In this document: piece after piece, positions 19,959-27,593 of the stretch
How the letters are laid out: every line of letters starts with the position of its first letter
How positions within the stretch are numbered: position 1 is the stretch's first letter
Made by a program: the position numbers and the translations under genes
Notes under the pieces: model-generated
What the model was told of the DNA's origin: nothing
The model's input: the letters and a program-made list of their open reading frames with translations, nothing else
Databases searched by the model: none
Origin: an uncultured Gammaproteobacteria bacterium
Lineage (GTDB): Bacteria; Patescibacteriota; Patescibacteriia; Magasanikbacterales; GCA-002688135
Reading direction: 5' to 3'
Assembly (NCBI GenBank): GCA_964536565.1
Contig: CAZHXK010000002.1
Coordinates: forward strand, 1-39,320
Length of the DNA: 39,320 nucleotides

Positions 19959-20110
19959 AGTGGTGGAGTTATGTTTGTATTTTAATTTTTTGGCAATTTT
20001 AAGATAAGGATTGATGATTGGTCGATGTTAATTATTTTTATATCTGGATTCTATTACTCCGTTTCACTGTGCTTCAGAATGACGAGTTGTTAGCTGGCTC
20101 GCAGATCGGC

Positions 20111-20150
20111 GGGATCCTTCGACTACGTTCCGCTGTCGCTCAGGATGACA
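20111..20150. repeat. family-A palindromic repeat unit (reverse orientation)
   Basis: GGGATCCTTCGACTACGTTCCGCTGTCGCTCAGGATGACA. The same GATCCTTCGA...CGCTCAGGATGACA unit occurs at 32376-32413, and its reverse complement at 28866-28900 and 32329-32363. It sits between the lexA stop and the polymerase gene. Confidence 0.8.
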
Positions 20151-20155
20151 GGATG

Positions 20156-20737
20156 CTAATGGTATTTGCGAATGACGGCAGTGACGACACCTGCTACTTG
20201 GAGTTCTTCTTTAGGTACGATGGTTGGATAGTTTTTGTTAGCTGGTTTGAGTACTGTTTTTCCTCCGACTTTTTCAAAGTATTTCATGGTCCATTCATGG
20301 TCTACTTCTGCAACAATGATATCTCCTACGCGTGGCTGCTTACCTCGTTCGAGGAGTACGAGATCGTCTGGTTGAATTCCAGCCTCTATCATTGAGTCTC
20401 CCGAGACCTTGAGTAAGAAACTTGCAACATGATTTGTTATAAGGAAGTCATCGAGACTCATAATGTCACAGAGCTCTTCTTCAGCTGCTGAGGGAAACCC
20501 AGCCTGTACAGTTCCGATGAGTCGCGGACCACCCTTGATCCCTCGTGGTATCAATCTCCCTGCGCCATCTTTTTCTACCAGGCCATGTTCGATCATTTTA
20601 TCCACGATGCGTGCAACTGCTTGCTTTGACTTGAGCGCAAACAGTTCGCACATTTCAGAGTAACTCGGTAGTCGCTCATGTTCTTTTAAAAATATTCTGA
20701 GTTGTTCAATTCTTTTTTGAAATGTTTCTTTTGACAT
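20156..20737 (-). CDS. lexA: LexA repressor (wHTH + S24 self-cleaving peptidase)
   Basis: The ORF is 20156..20824 (GTG). I prefer the ATG at 20737 because the promoter and operator lie inside the 5' extension. It has the Ala-Gly cleavage site (VQAGFPS), Ser (GDSM) and Lys (WTMKYF) of the LexA/UmuD family, and an N-terminal HTH (SYSEMCELFALKSKQAVARIVDKM). Confidence 0.9.
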   Translation of the reverse strand: MSKETFQKRIEQLRIFLKEHERLPSYSEMCELFALKSKQAVARIVDKMIEHGLVEKDGAGRLIPRGIKGGPRLIGTVQAGFPSAAEEELCDIMSLDDFLITNHVASFLLKVSGDSMIEAGIQPDDLVLLERGKQPRVGDIIVAEVDHEWTMKYFEKVGGKTVLKPANKNYPTIVPKEELQVAGVVTAVIRKYH

Positions 20738-20802
20738 AGAAGGTTGAGCTGCGCGAGAGTCACTACCATCTCCGGCGCAGCTCGTTACTTTGTTATGATT
20801 AT

Positions 20803-20831
20803 ATTGTAGTGAACGATCGTTCACATGTCAA
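20803..20831 (-). promoter_or_regulatory. lexA promoter with embedded LexA operator (SOS box)
   Basis: On the minus strand, TTGACA (20831..20826), a 17-nt spacer, then TACAAT (20808..20803). The spacer is filled by the perfect 16-bp palindrome GTGAACGATCGTTCAC (20809-20824). This matches the GAAC-N4-GTTC Cheo-box type consensus. Confidence 0.75.
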
Positions 20832-20840
20832 TGTGGATAA

Positions 20841-20868
20841 ATATAAAACCGACGACCGTAGTCATCGG
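20841..20868 (-). terminator. second (tandem) minus-strand intrinsic terminator upstream of the lexA promoter
   Basis: On the minus strand, CCGAUGAC-UACG-GUCGUCGG is an 8-bp stem with one G.U pair that would be a C.A mismatch on the plus strand. It is followed by UUUUAUAUUU. Confidence 0.55.
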
Positions 20869-20901
20869 CTACCTGCGATCATCTCTCCGAGAAAGCCATG
20901 T

Positions 20902-20938
20902 AAAAAAAGAGCCGGCAGAGCTCCGTAGAGATACCGGC
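20902..20938 (-). terminator. minus-strand intrinsic terminator ending the candidate 0.4-kb RNA
   Basis: GCCGG...CCGGC outer stem (20911-20915 / 20934-20938) plus an inner CTC-CGTA-GAG stem-loop. It is followed on the minus strand by TCTTTTTTT. Confidence 0.6.
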
Positions 20939-21285
20939 AAGAGAAAAGACGGGCAAGTTATGTAGCAACGAGTAAAGTCGGCTATTAGCAGACAGTCTTT
21001 TAGGATGGTAAAGGTAACGTTACAACTTCGGCCCATCTAAGATGGAAGTGTGGATAAGTTGATGTCAGATGGAATATTAAGTCCTAGATAACCATCAAAC
21101 TTCGACCCACACAATGATTAGGTTAGAGGTGCCCACAGACGAATCCGTGGACACCCCCCTTTTATGGTGATAACCGTACGCCTTCGGCTCACAACGACAC
21201 ACACGTGTCGAGACGAGCAAGGAAATGGAACACGGAAGGTTGATGACCATAGGGCCATCAGTTGGTTCAGACGCCCATTCGGACG
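20905..21285 (-). ncRNA. candidate structured RNA of unknown class (about 0.4 kb)
   Basis: There is no credible ORF. The region is dense in hairpins, three of which contain G.U pairs only when read on the minus strand (21133-21150 with a UUCG loop; 21241-21260; 20849-20868). A perfect TATAAT lies at 21297..21292 (no good -35), and terminators lie at the 3' end. The 5' end is uncertain. Confidence 0.4.
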
Positions 21286-21403
21286 TCTGAAATTATAGAG
21301 GCGGCTTCAATACACTTTTTTACCATCTCTTAGCCACATACAAGCACATCTTGCATATTCCCTTTATATTTGACTAAATTTACCCAGAGAGCACACTCAG
21401 GGG

Positions 21404-21432
21404 TTGACAAGATCCTTTTTTTGTGCTAGTAT
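21404..21432 (+). promoter_or_regulatory. near-consensus sigma70 promoter driving the large candidate RNA
   Basis: TTGACA (21404-21409), a 17-nt spacer ending in TGC (extended -10 TGn), then TAGTAT (21427-21432). No protein-coding gene lies downstream for about 1 kb. Confidence 0.6.
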
Positions 21433-21438
21433 GAAATC

Positions 21439-22362
21439 ATCGTACCTGAGCGCGCCGAGTCTTTCACTAGCTCGCCAGGGACGCACAAGAGAAGTTGATT
21501 AGGCCCCCGCACATCACCCTGAAAAATGGGCCGCGGGAAAAAATTTGATCTTCGCTATTCAAAGAGGAGATAGTCATGAGGGGCTTCGACCCCGCATACT
21601 TTCTAGCGGATCGTGTGGCCGCTCGTTCGTTCCACACAACATGACGCCGGTCATGAGAGCAGCACTTATAGAATGAGACAGATGGTGCTGTTTGTAAGTT
21701 ATGAAGTGGAGCCTTGACGGGCAGAGAAACTTCCAAATGCCATAATGGGGATCCGGTGTTCTCCATTTCAACTATGATCGAAAAATAGAGCGAACGAAGT
21801 TCCCCTCGCATTCGATTGCGTCGGAGCAGGAGTCGCAGGCATGAGCCAAAGGATAGATGACTAGAGCTGCGTTAGTCGCGCAATCCGATGATGTCATTTT
21901 GCAAAGTAAGCACATCATCACAATGATCCCCGAGTGGTTCGTTGTAACAGATCGCTCTATATGTTTTAAAGGCGTGGCTGGAGAGGGCCGTGCACCAGAT
22001 CAGTTATAATCCTCTCAGAGTCTATAAGTGAGTTTGACTCGCTCCTGGCCATGGGTTTGGCTGGACGTAATAAAAACCCGAGCAGGTCACCCATACCTGC
22101 CAAAAGTTCCACGCAAGGACAAAAGGAGTACATGAATTGCGCTGACCACGCACTGTGATTCCCTGATTCACGGCACCGGTCAACCTATGGCGAAGCATTC
22201 TACCGACAACAGACATAGAAAACAAAATACCGATCACCAGAGGTAGCATTACCCAATCCCACGTGCAGTTTACTGCCAGAGAGCTGAGGGTATGCAAAAA
22301 AGCGCCCGCGATGGCGTACTGACGTAAACATCGTTGACGAGGACTCTACGGAGTCCTTTTCT
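21439..22362 (+). ncRNA. candidate large structured RNA of unknown class (about 0.9 kb)
   Basis: It is bracketed by the promoter at 21404-21432 and the terminator at 22340-22366. It has only short, non-protein-like ORFs and is visibly GC-richer than flanking genes. Many perfect 5-8 bp hairpins are present (21641-21656, 21889-21921, 22084-22102). Two helices have G.U pairs valid only on the plus strand (21658-21692, 21745-21766). Confidence 0.5.
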
Positions 22363-22366
22363 ATTT
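22340..22366 (+). terminator. plus-strand intrinsic terminator at the end of the large candidate RNA
   Basis: AGGACTC-TACG-GAGTCCT is a perfect 7-bp stem, followed by TTTTCTATTT. Confidence 0.6.
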
Positions 22367-22431
22367 GCCAAGATTTTTTAGACCCACGTATCCGATTGTC
22401 AGACCTGACTGCACATCAAGTTTTTAATATC

Positions 22432-22460
22432 AAAAAATCGCGATGTTCTCGCGATTTTTA
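22432..22460. terminator. bidirectional intrinsic terminator (end of the S41 protease gene)
   Basis: ATCGCGA-TGTTC-TCGCGAT is a 7-bp stem flanked by A6 on the left and T5 on the right. It overlaps the protease stop codon. Confidence 0.7.
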
Positions 22461-23705
22461 TAACTGTTCTCTGAGGAGTTCTTTTCCTCTTTCTAATACA
22501 GTATCAATCGTCAGATCCTCCCCCTGCTCAACAACTACATCCGGCTCAATTCCCTCTCCATTAATTCCCCTGTTATTTGGCGTGAACCATTCAGCTATCG
22601 TAATTTTTACCGCGGATCCATCAGAAAGTTGTTCTAAATCCTGTACTGATCCTTTTCCGAATGTTGTTGTTCCGATAATTGTTGCTGCTTCGTAATCTTG
22701 CAATGCTCCAGCGACAATCTCTGATCCAGATGCAGAGCCACCATTCACAAGCACGATCGTTGGCATTCCTTCCAAGCGCAACTTCCCTTCTCTCATGTAG
22801 TTTTCTATTGAACCATCTGAGAATCGCTCTATCACAACCGGGCCTGCGGGAATCCATTCTGATGCCATTTGTACTGCGGTTGTGAGGAATCCTCCTGGAT
22901 TATTTCTTAAATCAAGCACAACAGCTTTTGCACCAGCTGCGTGTGCATCACGAACTGCTTCGCCGAATAACTGCATTGTGTCACCTCCGAATTGTGCAAC
23001 CTTGATGACAGCTATGTCATCATCAATTTCCCACTGAACACTTTTGAGTACGATTTCTCCTCGTGTGATTGGCGTATCCTGAACCTCAGTAAATCCTTCT
23101 CTGAAAATTCCGAGTGTTACAATTGTTCCTTTTTTACCTCTGATCAAATCAACAGCCTCTTCAACGGACATCGTCAAAGATTCAACACCATCGATCGTAA
23201 CAATATGATCGCCCGCCTGAACCCCAGCGCGCTCTGCTGGTGTGTCTGGCAGTGGAGCTAGAATAACGAGACGCTTATCGCGTATACCAATCTCAGCACC
23301 AATCCCGAAGAATTTTCCAGACAGGTCACTTGTGAATCGCTCCGCTGTTTTTGGTCGGAGGAATGTAGAGTATGGATCATCGAGTGCACCCACGAGCCCT
23401 TCCAGTGATCCATAAAATAAATCGTCGTCATCCACTGGCTTATCTACAAATCGATCCTGAATAATTGACCATACCTCCCAATACAGTTTTGTGTCGACAT
23501 CATCATTCAGTAGGCCTTCTGCGGGAGTAATCAACGCTGGTGCTGCAGCTTGAACATTGTTAAGGCAACATTCTTTGCCTAGTACAGTCCGCTCAACCAC
23601 AACCCCTCCTGCAAACGCCGCAAGAGCTACGAATACTAAAACGTACCCAACAAAAAAACGCTTTATTGGGCGTGTCTTTTTTCTAGTTGTCCGTTTTTTT
23701 GGCAT
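22458..23705 (-). CDS. S41 family C-terminal processing peptidase (PDZ + tail-specific protease domain)
   Basis: The ORF is 22458..23741 (TTG). I prefer the ATG at 23705 (MPKKRTTRKKTRPIKRFFVGYVLVFVALAAF, a membrane anchor). It has a PDZ domain (GVQAGDHIVTIDG), the catalytic Ser motif NGGSASGSEI and the Lys motif TFGKGSVQ. Confidence 0.9.
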   Translation of the reverse strand: MPKKRTTRKKTRPIKRFFVGYVLVFVALAAFAGGVVVERTVLGKECCLNNVQAAAPALITPAEGLLNDDVDTKLYWEVWSIIQDRFVDKPVDDDDLFYGSLEGLVGALDDPYSTFLRPKTAERFTSDLSGKFFGIGAEIGIRDKRLVILAPLPDTPAERAGVQAGDHIVTIDGVESLTMSVEEAVDLIRGKKGTIVTLGIFREGFTEVQDTPITRGEIVLKSVQWEIDDDIAVIKVAQFGGDTMQLFGEAVRDAHAAGAKAVVLDLRNNPGGFLTTAVQMASEWIPAGPVVIERFSDGSIENYMREGKLRLEGMPTIVLVNGGSASGSEIVAGALQDYEAATIIGTTTFGKGSVQDLEQLSDGSAVKITIAEWFTPNNRGINGEGIEPDVVVEQGEDLTIDTVLERGKELLREQL

Positions 23706-24252
23706 GATCTGTAGTATAACAGAATTGATTAGCAACCTCAATTAGTGTCTTTTTTTGTTCCGATTCTTTTTCTTCTCTTCGAATTTTATCTTTTTTGAGC
23801 CAATCGAGTGCGCGATCCAGGATAAGCATCGTGTTCTCGTATCCGAGCAGTTTTCTTGACGCCGGCATACTTACCCATCGAATAGCTTTAATCTTTTCCT
23901 CTTTTTGTGGCGTTCCTTTTTCTGATGGTCGCACCTCCATGAGGAAATAGTGAACAACCTTATGAATGCGTAAATTTTTTCGAGTAAATGAAAATTTGAT
24001 TTGTCCAAGCGGCGCCTTCACGCGCAATGATTTTAATCCCATTTCTTCTTTGGTTTCGCGGACTGCAGCTGCTTTAATTGTTTTATCTATATCTTCAAGA
24101 TGTCCTTTTGCGAAAATCCACTTTTTGTATGGATCCAAAATGAATCCTATAAGGATTCGTCCATTGACTCTTTTGAAAACAACTCCGCCCGCAGATACTT
24201 CGTTCACATGCTTCAGTTGTTTTTTTGGTTTATTGTGGAGATGTTTGGGCAT
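23683..24252 (-). CDS. NUDIX hydrolase
   Basis: 189 aa with the Nudix box GHLEDIDKTIKAAAVRETKEEMGL (Gx5Ex7REUxEExGU pattern) and a Lys/Glu-rich C-terminal tail. Confidence 0.85.
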   Translation of the reverse strand: MPKHLHNKPKKQLKHVNEVSAGGVVFKRVNGRILIGFILDPYKKWIFAKGHLEDIDKTIKAAAVRETKEEMGLKSLRVKAPLGQIKFSFTRKNLRIHKVVHYFLMEVRPSEKGTPQKEEKIKAIRWVSMPASRKLLGYENTMLILDRALDWLKKDKIRREEKESEQKKTLIEVANQFCYTTDHAKKTDN

Positions 24253-25543
24253 GTTTTTGAATTTGTTTTACTGCCTGTTCGATGGGCTGTGGCAATTCCT
24301 TTTTAATCACTGCTCCGAGCGCAGCAAGACGTTTATCCCATTTGTAGTATCCGCGATCTAAAATATGAGCATCATGAATAGTCGATTCCCCTTCAGCTAT
24401 CAACGCAGCAATAACGAGTGTTGCACCAGCACGCAAATCAATTGATCTGATTTCTCGCCCGTACAGTGGAGTTGGCCCAGTGATGAGAACACGATGTGGA
24501 TCGCAGATCGTTGCGTTTCCACCCATCTTTGTCAGCTCATTAATGTAACCCAATCGTCCTTCAAACATTGTTTCCTGAATCAGAGATGTGCCAGCCGCCT
24601 GCATTGCCACCACTCCAAAAGGAGCTTGAAGGTCCGTAGGGAATGCTGGGTATGGACCAGTTTGCAACTTGAATGCCTTGAGTGATCCATTTGGCATGAC
24701 ATGCAGCGAGTCACCATTGATTTCATATGGTAATCCCATTTTATCCATAAGCGCGAATACAGCGTCGAGATGCTCTGGGACAATTGGTCTCATGTGAATA
24801 TCTCCTCGTGTTGCTGCAGCTGCTGCTATAAACGTTCCGATTTCAATTTGATCTGGGATAATTGCATGCGTACTTCCCTTAAGCGCATCAATTCCGACAA
24901 TAGTAATAGTTGATGTACCCCGACCAGAGATTCGAGCACCCATCCCGACAAGCATGTCGATAAGGTTACACACATGCGGCTCGCGTGCAGCGAGCTTGAT
25001 TGTTGTTGTGCCGTTCGCAAGTGATGCCGCCATCAATGCATTCTCTGTTGCGGTCACTGAGAATCGCGCGAAGAAGGTAGATCCCTTCAACTCTGTTGCA
25101 GAAAGTTTCAGTCCACCTTCAATACGTTTTACTTCTGCCCCGAAACCTCTGAAGACAGCTATGTGATCATCAAGAGGTCTGTTTCCTAAAATGCATCCTC
25201 CTGGTTCTGATAGTTCGATTTGTTTAAAACGCGCCATGAGTGGACCCATCAATAACACACTCGAGCGCATCGATTTTACCTGTTTTTTGTCGAGCAAGTT
25301 AAAGTCGAGATTGTCACACTGAATTTTGACTGTATGTTCTTCGATCCATTCAACCGTTCCACCCAAGCTCTCGATAATCTTGAGCATATTGGCAGCATCG
25401 GTGATTCGTGGTACATTCTTGAGCGTTACTGGTTCACGCGTTAAGATCGTAGCAGCAATACACGGCAAAACCGCGTTTTTCATACCAAAAATAGGCACTT
25501 CTCCACGGAGTTTTGCTCCTCCTAATATGTTTACTGATGGCAT
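24230..25543 (-). CDS. murA: UDP-N-acetylglucosamine 1-carboxyvinyltransferase
   Basis: The ORF is 24230..25627. I prefer the ATG at 25543 (MPSVNILGGAKLRGEVPIFGMKNAVLP matches the usual MurA N-terminus), because a TTGACC-17-TACTAT promoter lies within the longer 5' extension. Active-site loop EPGGCILGNRPLD. Confidence 0.93.
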   Translation of the reverse strand: MPSVNILGGAKLRGEVPIFGMKNAVLPCIAATILTREPVTLKNVPRITDAANMLKIIESLGGTVEWIEEHTVKIQCDNLDFNLLDKKQVKSMRSSVLLMGPLMARFKQIELSEPGGCILGNRPLDDHIAVFRGFGAEVKRIEGGLKLSATELKGSTFFARFSVTATENALMAASLANGTTTIKLAAREPHVCNLIDMLVGMGARISGRGTSTITIVGIDALKGSTHAIIPDQIEIGTFIAAAAATRGDIHMRPIVPEHLDAVFALMDKMGLPYEINGDSLHVMPNGSLKAFKLQTGPYPAFPTDLQAPFGVVAMQAAGTSLIQETMFEGRLGYINELTKMGGNATICDPHRVLITGPTPLYGREIRSIDLRAGATLVIAALIAEGESTIHDAHILDRGYYKWDKRLAALGAVIKKELPQPIEQAVKQIQKHAQTSPQ

Positions 25544-25567
25544 ATAATCATTATCGTTAGGTGGCGT

Positions 25568-25596
25568 ATAGTATAGCAGATAACGTCCTGGGTCAA
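25568..25596 (-). promoter_or_regulatory. candidate murA promoter
   Basis: On the minus strand, TTGACC (25596..25591), a 17-nt spacer, then TACTAT (25573..25568). Confidence 0.4.
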
Positions 25597-25643
25597 CAGC
25601 AATGACGTGATTCCAACGAGAACTCATGTCACACTAAAAAAGT

Positions 25644-26948
25644 ATGGCGAAATTACCAAAATTTGTATTTCCAATATTTTTAACACTTTTTTTCCTCGCA
25701 GCTCCTGCGCTGATTTTTTTTGCGTCTGGATATCGCTTTGATTCTAAGACTGGCCAGGTTTCGCGCGTTGGAATTATCATTGTTGACGGTGAACCACGTG
25801 ATACACATGTGTATTTAAATGATGAGTTGGTTGATACGCGACTACCACTAAAACAGAAAGGTGTGCAGCCAGGCATCTACGATATTCGATTAACAAGTGG
25901 TGGCCATCACGATGCATGGTTCCGTCGCGATTTACGCTCTGGCGAAAGCATGGTTATCTCCCCTATCTTTCTTTTGCTCACATCAATACCCGAGTTAGTT
26001 CGAGAAGGTTCGGTTCTGTCTGTAACTCCACATGCTGATCGAGATCAATTCCTCGTGGAAATAAAACATGCAACAGGTAAACAGCTATTCCTGTACCACG
26101 CACAACAGGACACATGGACATCACTCTACACAACAGATTCGCTTTCTGATTGGGAGCTATCTTTCAACCAAGACTATTCAAAAATACTTTTACAAACACG
26201 CGGACTTTTCCGCATCATCTCTTTGGACGAGTCGCCTATTACACCACTATTCTATAAGAATGTCGCCTGGTCTAAAACACATGGCAATGAACTGTTTGCC
26301 GTAGATGTACTCGGACAACTCGTGCGATTATCGACCCAGGATTTAAAAACACCTTTGGTGCTGTCTGATGCGACATCTCTTATTTCTGTAGCTCCCGACT
26401 ACGCCCTGATTACCCGCCGCGTCGGAGGAGTTGATCAGTTAGCACGAGTTTCTTTTTCAGATGAAGAGGTTACATATGTTGATGAATTCCGAAATACAGC
26501 TTTCTACGCGGATGCAGGAGAGTCCGGACTCTTTATTCATGATGGGAACGTTGCACACCACACAAGCAATGGACTAGAACCTCTCGTAGATTTTGATCAA
26601 CATCGCGTAGTATGGACTGAGGAATCTGGTGAGCACGTTGCCTACATTTATAATGCATTTGAAATTGTGAGATGGAATCCTGGTACACAAGACATCACTG
26701 CAGTTGCGAGATACAGCGGGGATGTTCGTGCAGTTGAACCACTCATCGGAACACCATACATTCTTATTGCGAGAGGTAACGAACTACTCGCACTCAACAC
26801 CACAGAGACAGAACATCAAACAACTGTGCTTTTGCGGGATGTGCTGATCGATCATATTCAGAGTGACTCGAAAGGAACCACTGCTACAATTTCTGGCGCT
26901 ATCGGAGATGAAACTGGACTATTTTCACTCGAGCTTCGGGAGGATTAA
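25644..26948 (+). CDS. membrane-anchored PEGA-domain protein with a large beta-rich C-terminal domain
   Basis: 434 aa with an N-terminal TM (FVFPIFLTLFFLAAPALIFFA) and a PEGA-like module (IIIVDGEPRDTHVYLNDELVDTRLPLKQKGVQPGIYDIRL). The remainder is uncharacterised. Confidence 0.75.
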   Translation: MAKLPKFVFPIFLTLFFLAAPALIFFASGYRFDSKTGQVSRVGIIIVDGEPRDTHVYLNDELVDTRLPLKQKGVQPGIYDIRLTSGGHHDAWFRRDLRSGESMVISPIFLLLTSIPELVREGSVLSVTPHADRDQFLVEIKHATGKQLFLYHAQQDTWTSLYTTDSLSDWELSFNQDYSKILLQTRGLFRIISLDESPITPLFYKNVAWSKTHGNELFAVDVLGQLVRLSTQDLKTPLVLSDATSLISVAPDYALITRRVGGVDQLARVSFSDEEVTYVDEFRNTAFYADAGESGLFIHDGNVAHHTSNGLEPLVDFDQHRVVWTEESGEHVAYIYNAFEIVRWNPGTQDITAVARYSGDVRAVEPLIGTPYILIARGNELLALNTTETEHQTTVLLRDVLIDHIQSDSKGTTATISGAIGDETGLFSLELRED

Positions 26949-26951
26949 GTC

Positions 26952-26980
26952 TTGACATTCTTACCAAATAAGTGTACTAT
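26952..26980 (+). promoter_or_regulatory. sigma70-type promoter for the 27008 gene
   Basis: TTGACA (26952-26957), a 17-nt spacer, then TACTAT (26975-26980). GGAG lies 7 nt upstream of the ATG at 27008. Confidence 0.5.
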
Positions 26981-27007
26981 CGATTCGTTCTTTTATTTGG
27001 AGTTAGT

Positions 27008-27559
27008 ATGGAAACCGAGAGAGTTTATAGTCGAAACACGTGGCACTACAAACGGTACGCAGCGCTGTACAGAAAACGCGATAAGCCGATCCCTGAGCAT
27101 GCTCATATTTGTACGTACTATTGGATGGCGATGCTCGGACCGATGCTGTACACACTAGGCAGCTTTTTGTTCAGATCATGCATTCAATTCGTCAACTTCT
27201 TTGCTGTTGCATGGGGCGTGGGATACTTCAATCGAACTGGTGATGTATTCATCCTTTTCGAAGGTTTCCAAATCGGGAAGCATAAAGTTCGCCCATCAGC
27301 CTTCATGATGTGGGTGCCTCCGACGATGTTCATGGTTGGACATGGAACGGAGATACTTCTAGTAGGCACAGTACTTGGGACATTTGGCTCCATATTGGCA
27401 GCAATGGGAGTACTAGCAGCTGTTTTGTTTGCAGCTTTTGCTCTGATTGAAATTATTGACGATTCCCGAACCTGGGACTTTGCCCAGCTCACTCGCTCCT
27501 ACATCAGTACGAAGTGGAACGGAGTCTGCCCCACCATTACCTTCTCAGACACAGAGTGA
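27008..27559 (+). CDS. hypothetical membrane protein
   Basis: The ORF is 26972..27559 (GTG). The ATG at 27008 is preferred because the promoter overlaps the GTG start and an SD precedes 27008. Several hydrophobic helices are present and I recognised no motif. Confidence 0.65.
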   Translation: METERVYSRNTWHYKRYAALYRKRDKPIPEHAHICTYYWMAMLGPMLYTLGSFLFRSCIQFVNFFAVAWGVGYFNRTGDVFILFEGFQIGKHKVRPSAFMMWVPPTMFMVGHGTEILLVGTVLGTFGSILAAMGVLAAVLFAAFALIEIIDDSRTWDFAQLTRSYISTKWNGVCPTITFSDTE

Positions 27560-27563
27560 CTTA

Positions 27564-27587
27564 CGCCACCTTCGGGTGGTTTTTTAT
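27564..27587 (+). terminator. intrinsic terminator of the 27008 gene
   Basis: CCACC-TTCG-GGTGG followed by TTTTTTATTT. Confidence 0.7.
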
Positions 27588-27593
27588 TTGTAT

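Noticed and set aside
20018-20395. Plus-strand ORF 20018..20395.
   Set aside because: It runs through the family-A repeat and antisense to the well-supported lexA C-terminal domain. It has no start signals.
20820-20847. Possible plus-strand promoter TTCACA-16-TATAAA overlapping the LexA box, which would imply an SOS-controlled antisense or divergent transcript.
   Set aside because: The match is weak. The hairpins immediately downstream favour the minus strand (G.U evidence). I keep it only as a note.
20968-20985. RNase P P4-like string GAGUAAAGUCGGC on the plus strand, and AGGAGAUAGUC at about 21564.
   Set aside because: No matching 3' P4 strand (ACAGAA..CGGCUUA type) is present, and no other conserved RNase P regions are recognisable. 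The resemblance is only a few nucleotides.
21133-21167. tmRNA-like 5' end on the minus strand: GGGGGGUGUCCACGGAUUCGUCUGUGGG resembles GGGG...GGAUUCGAC.GGG.
   Set aside because: The GGAUUCGUC segment is the loop of a self-contained hairpin (CCACGGA-UUCG-UCUGUGG). No T-arm (GGUUCGA.UCC), no complementary acceptor 3' strand and no CCA-proximal sequence exists anywhere in 20.8-21.3 kb. The RNA ends in a terminator instead.
21172-21195. Group II intron domain V-like GAGCCG...GUACGGUU on the minus strand.
   Set aside because: The hairpin is far too short for the 34-nt domain V. It lacks the bulge and GNRA loop arrangement. No GUGYG 5' end and no intron-encoded protein is present.
21792-21802. GAAC-GAA-GTTC inside the large candidate RNA as a second LexA box.
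   Set aside because: The spacing is N3, not N4. It is more simply a 4-bp hairpin with a GAA loop.
21467-22297. ORFs 21467..21811, 21574..21771 and 22022..22297 inside the noncoding island.
   Set aside because: They are on the strand opposite to the strong promoter and terminator and have no SD. 22297 is a TTG start. Their composition is not protein-like and is rich in Cys, Trp, His and Arg, as expected from random GC-rich sequence.
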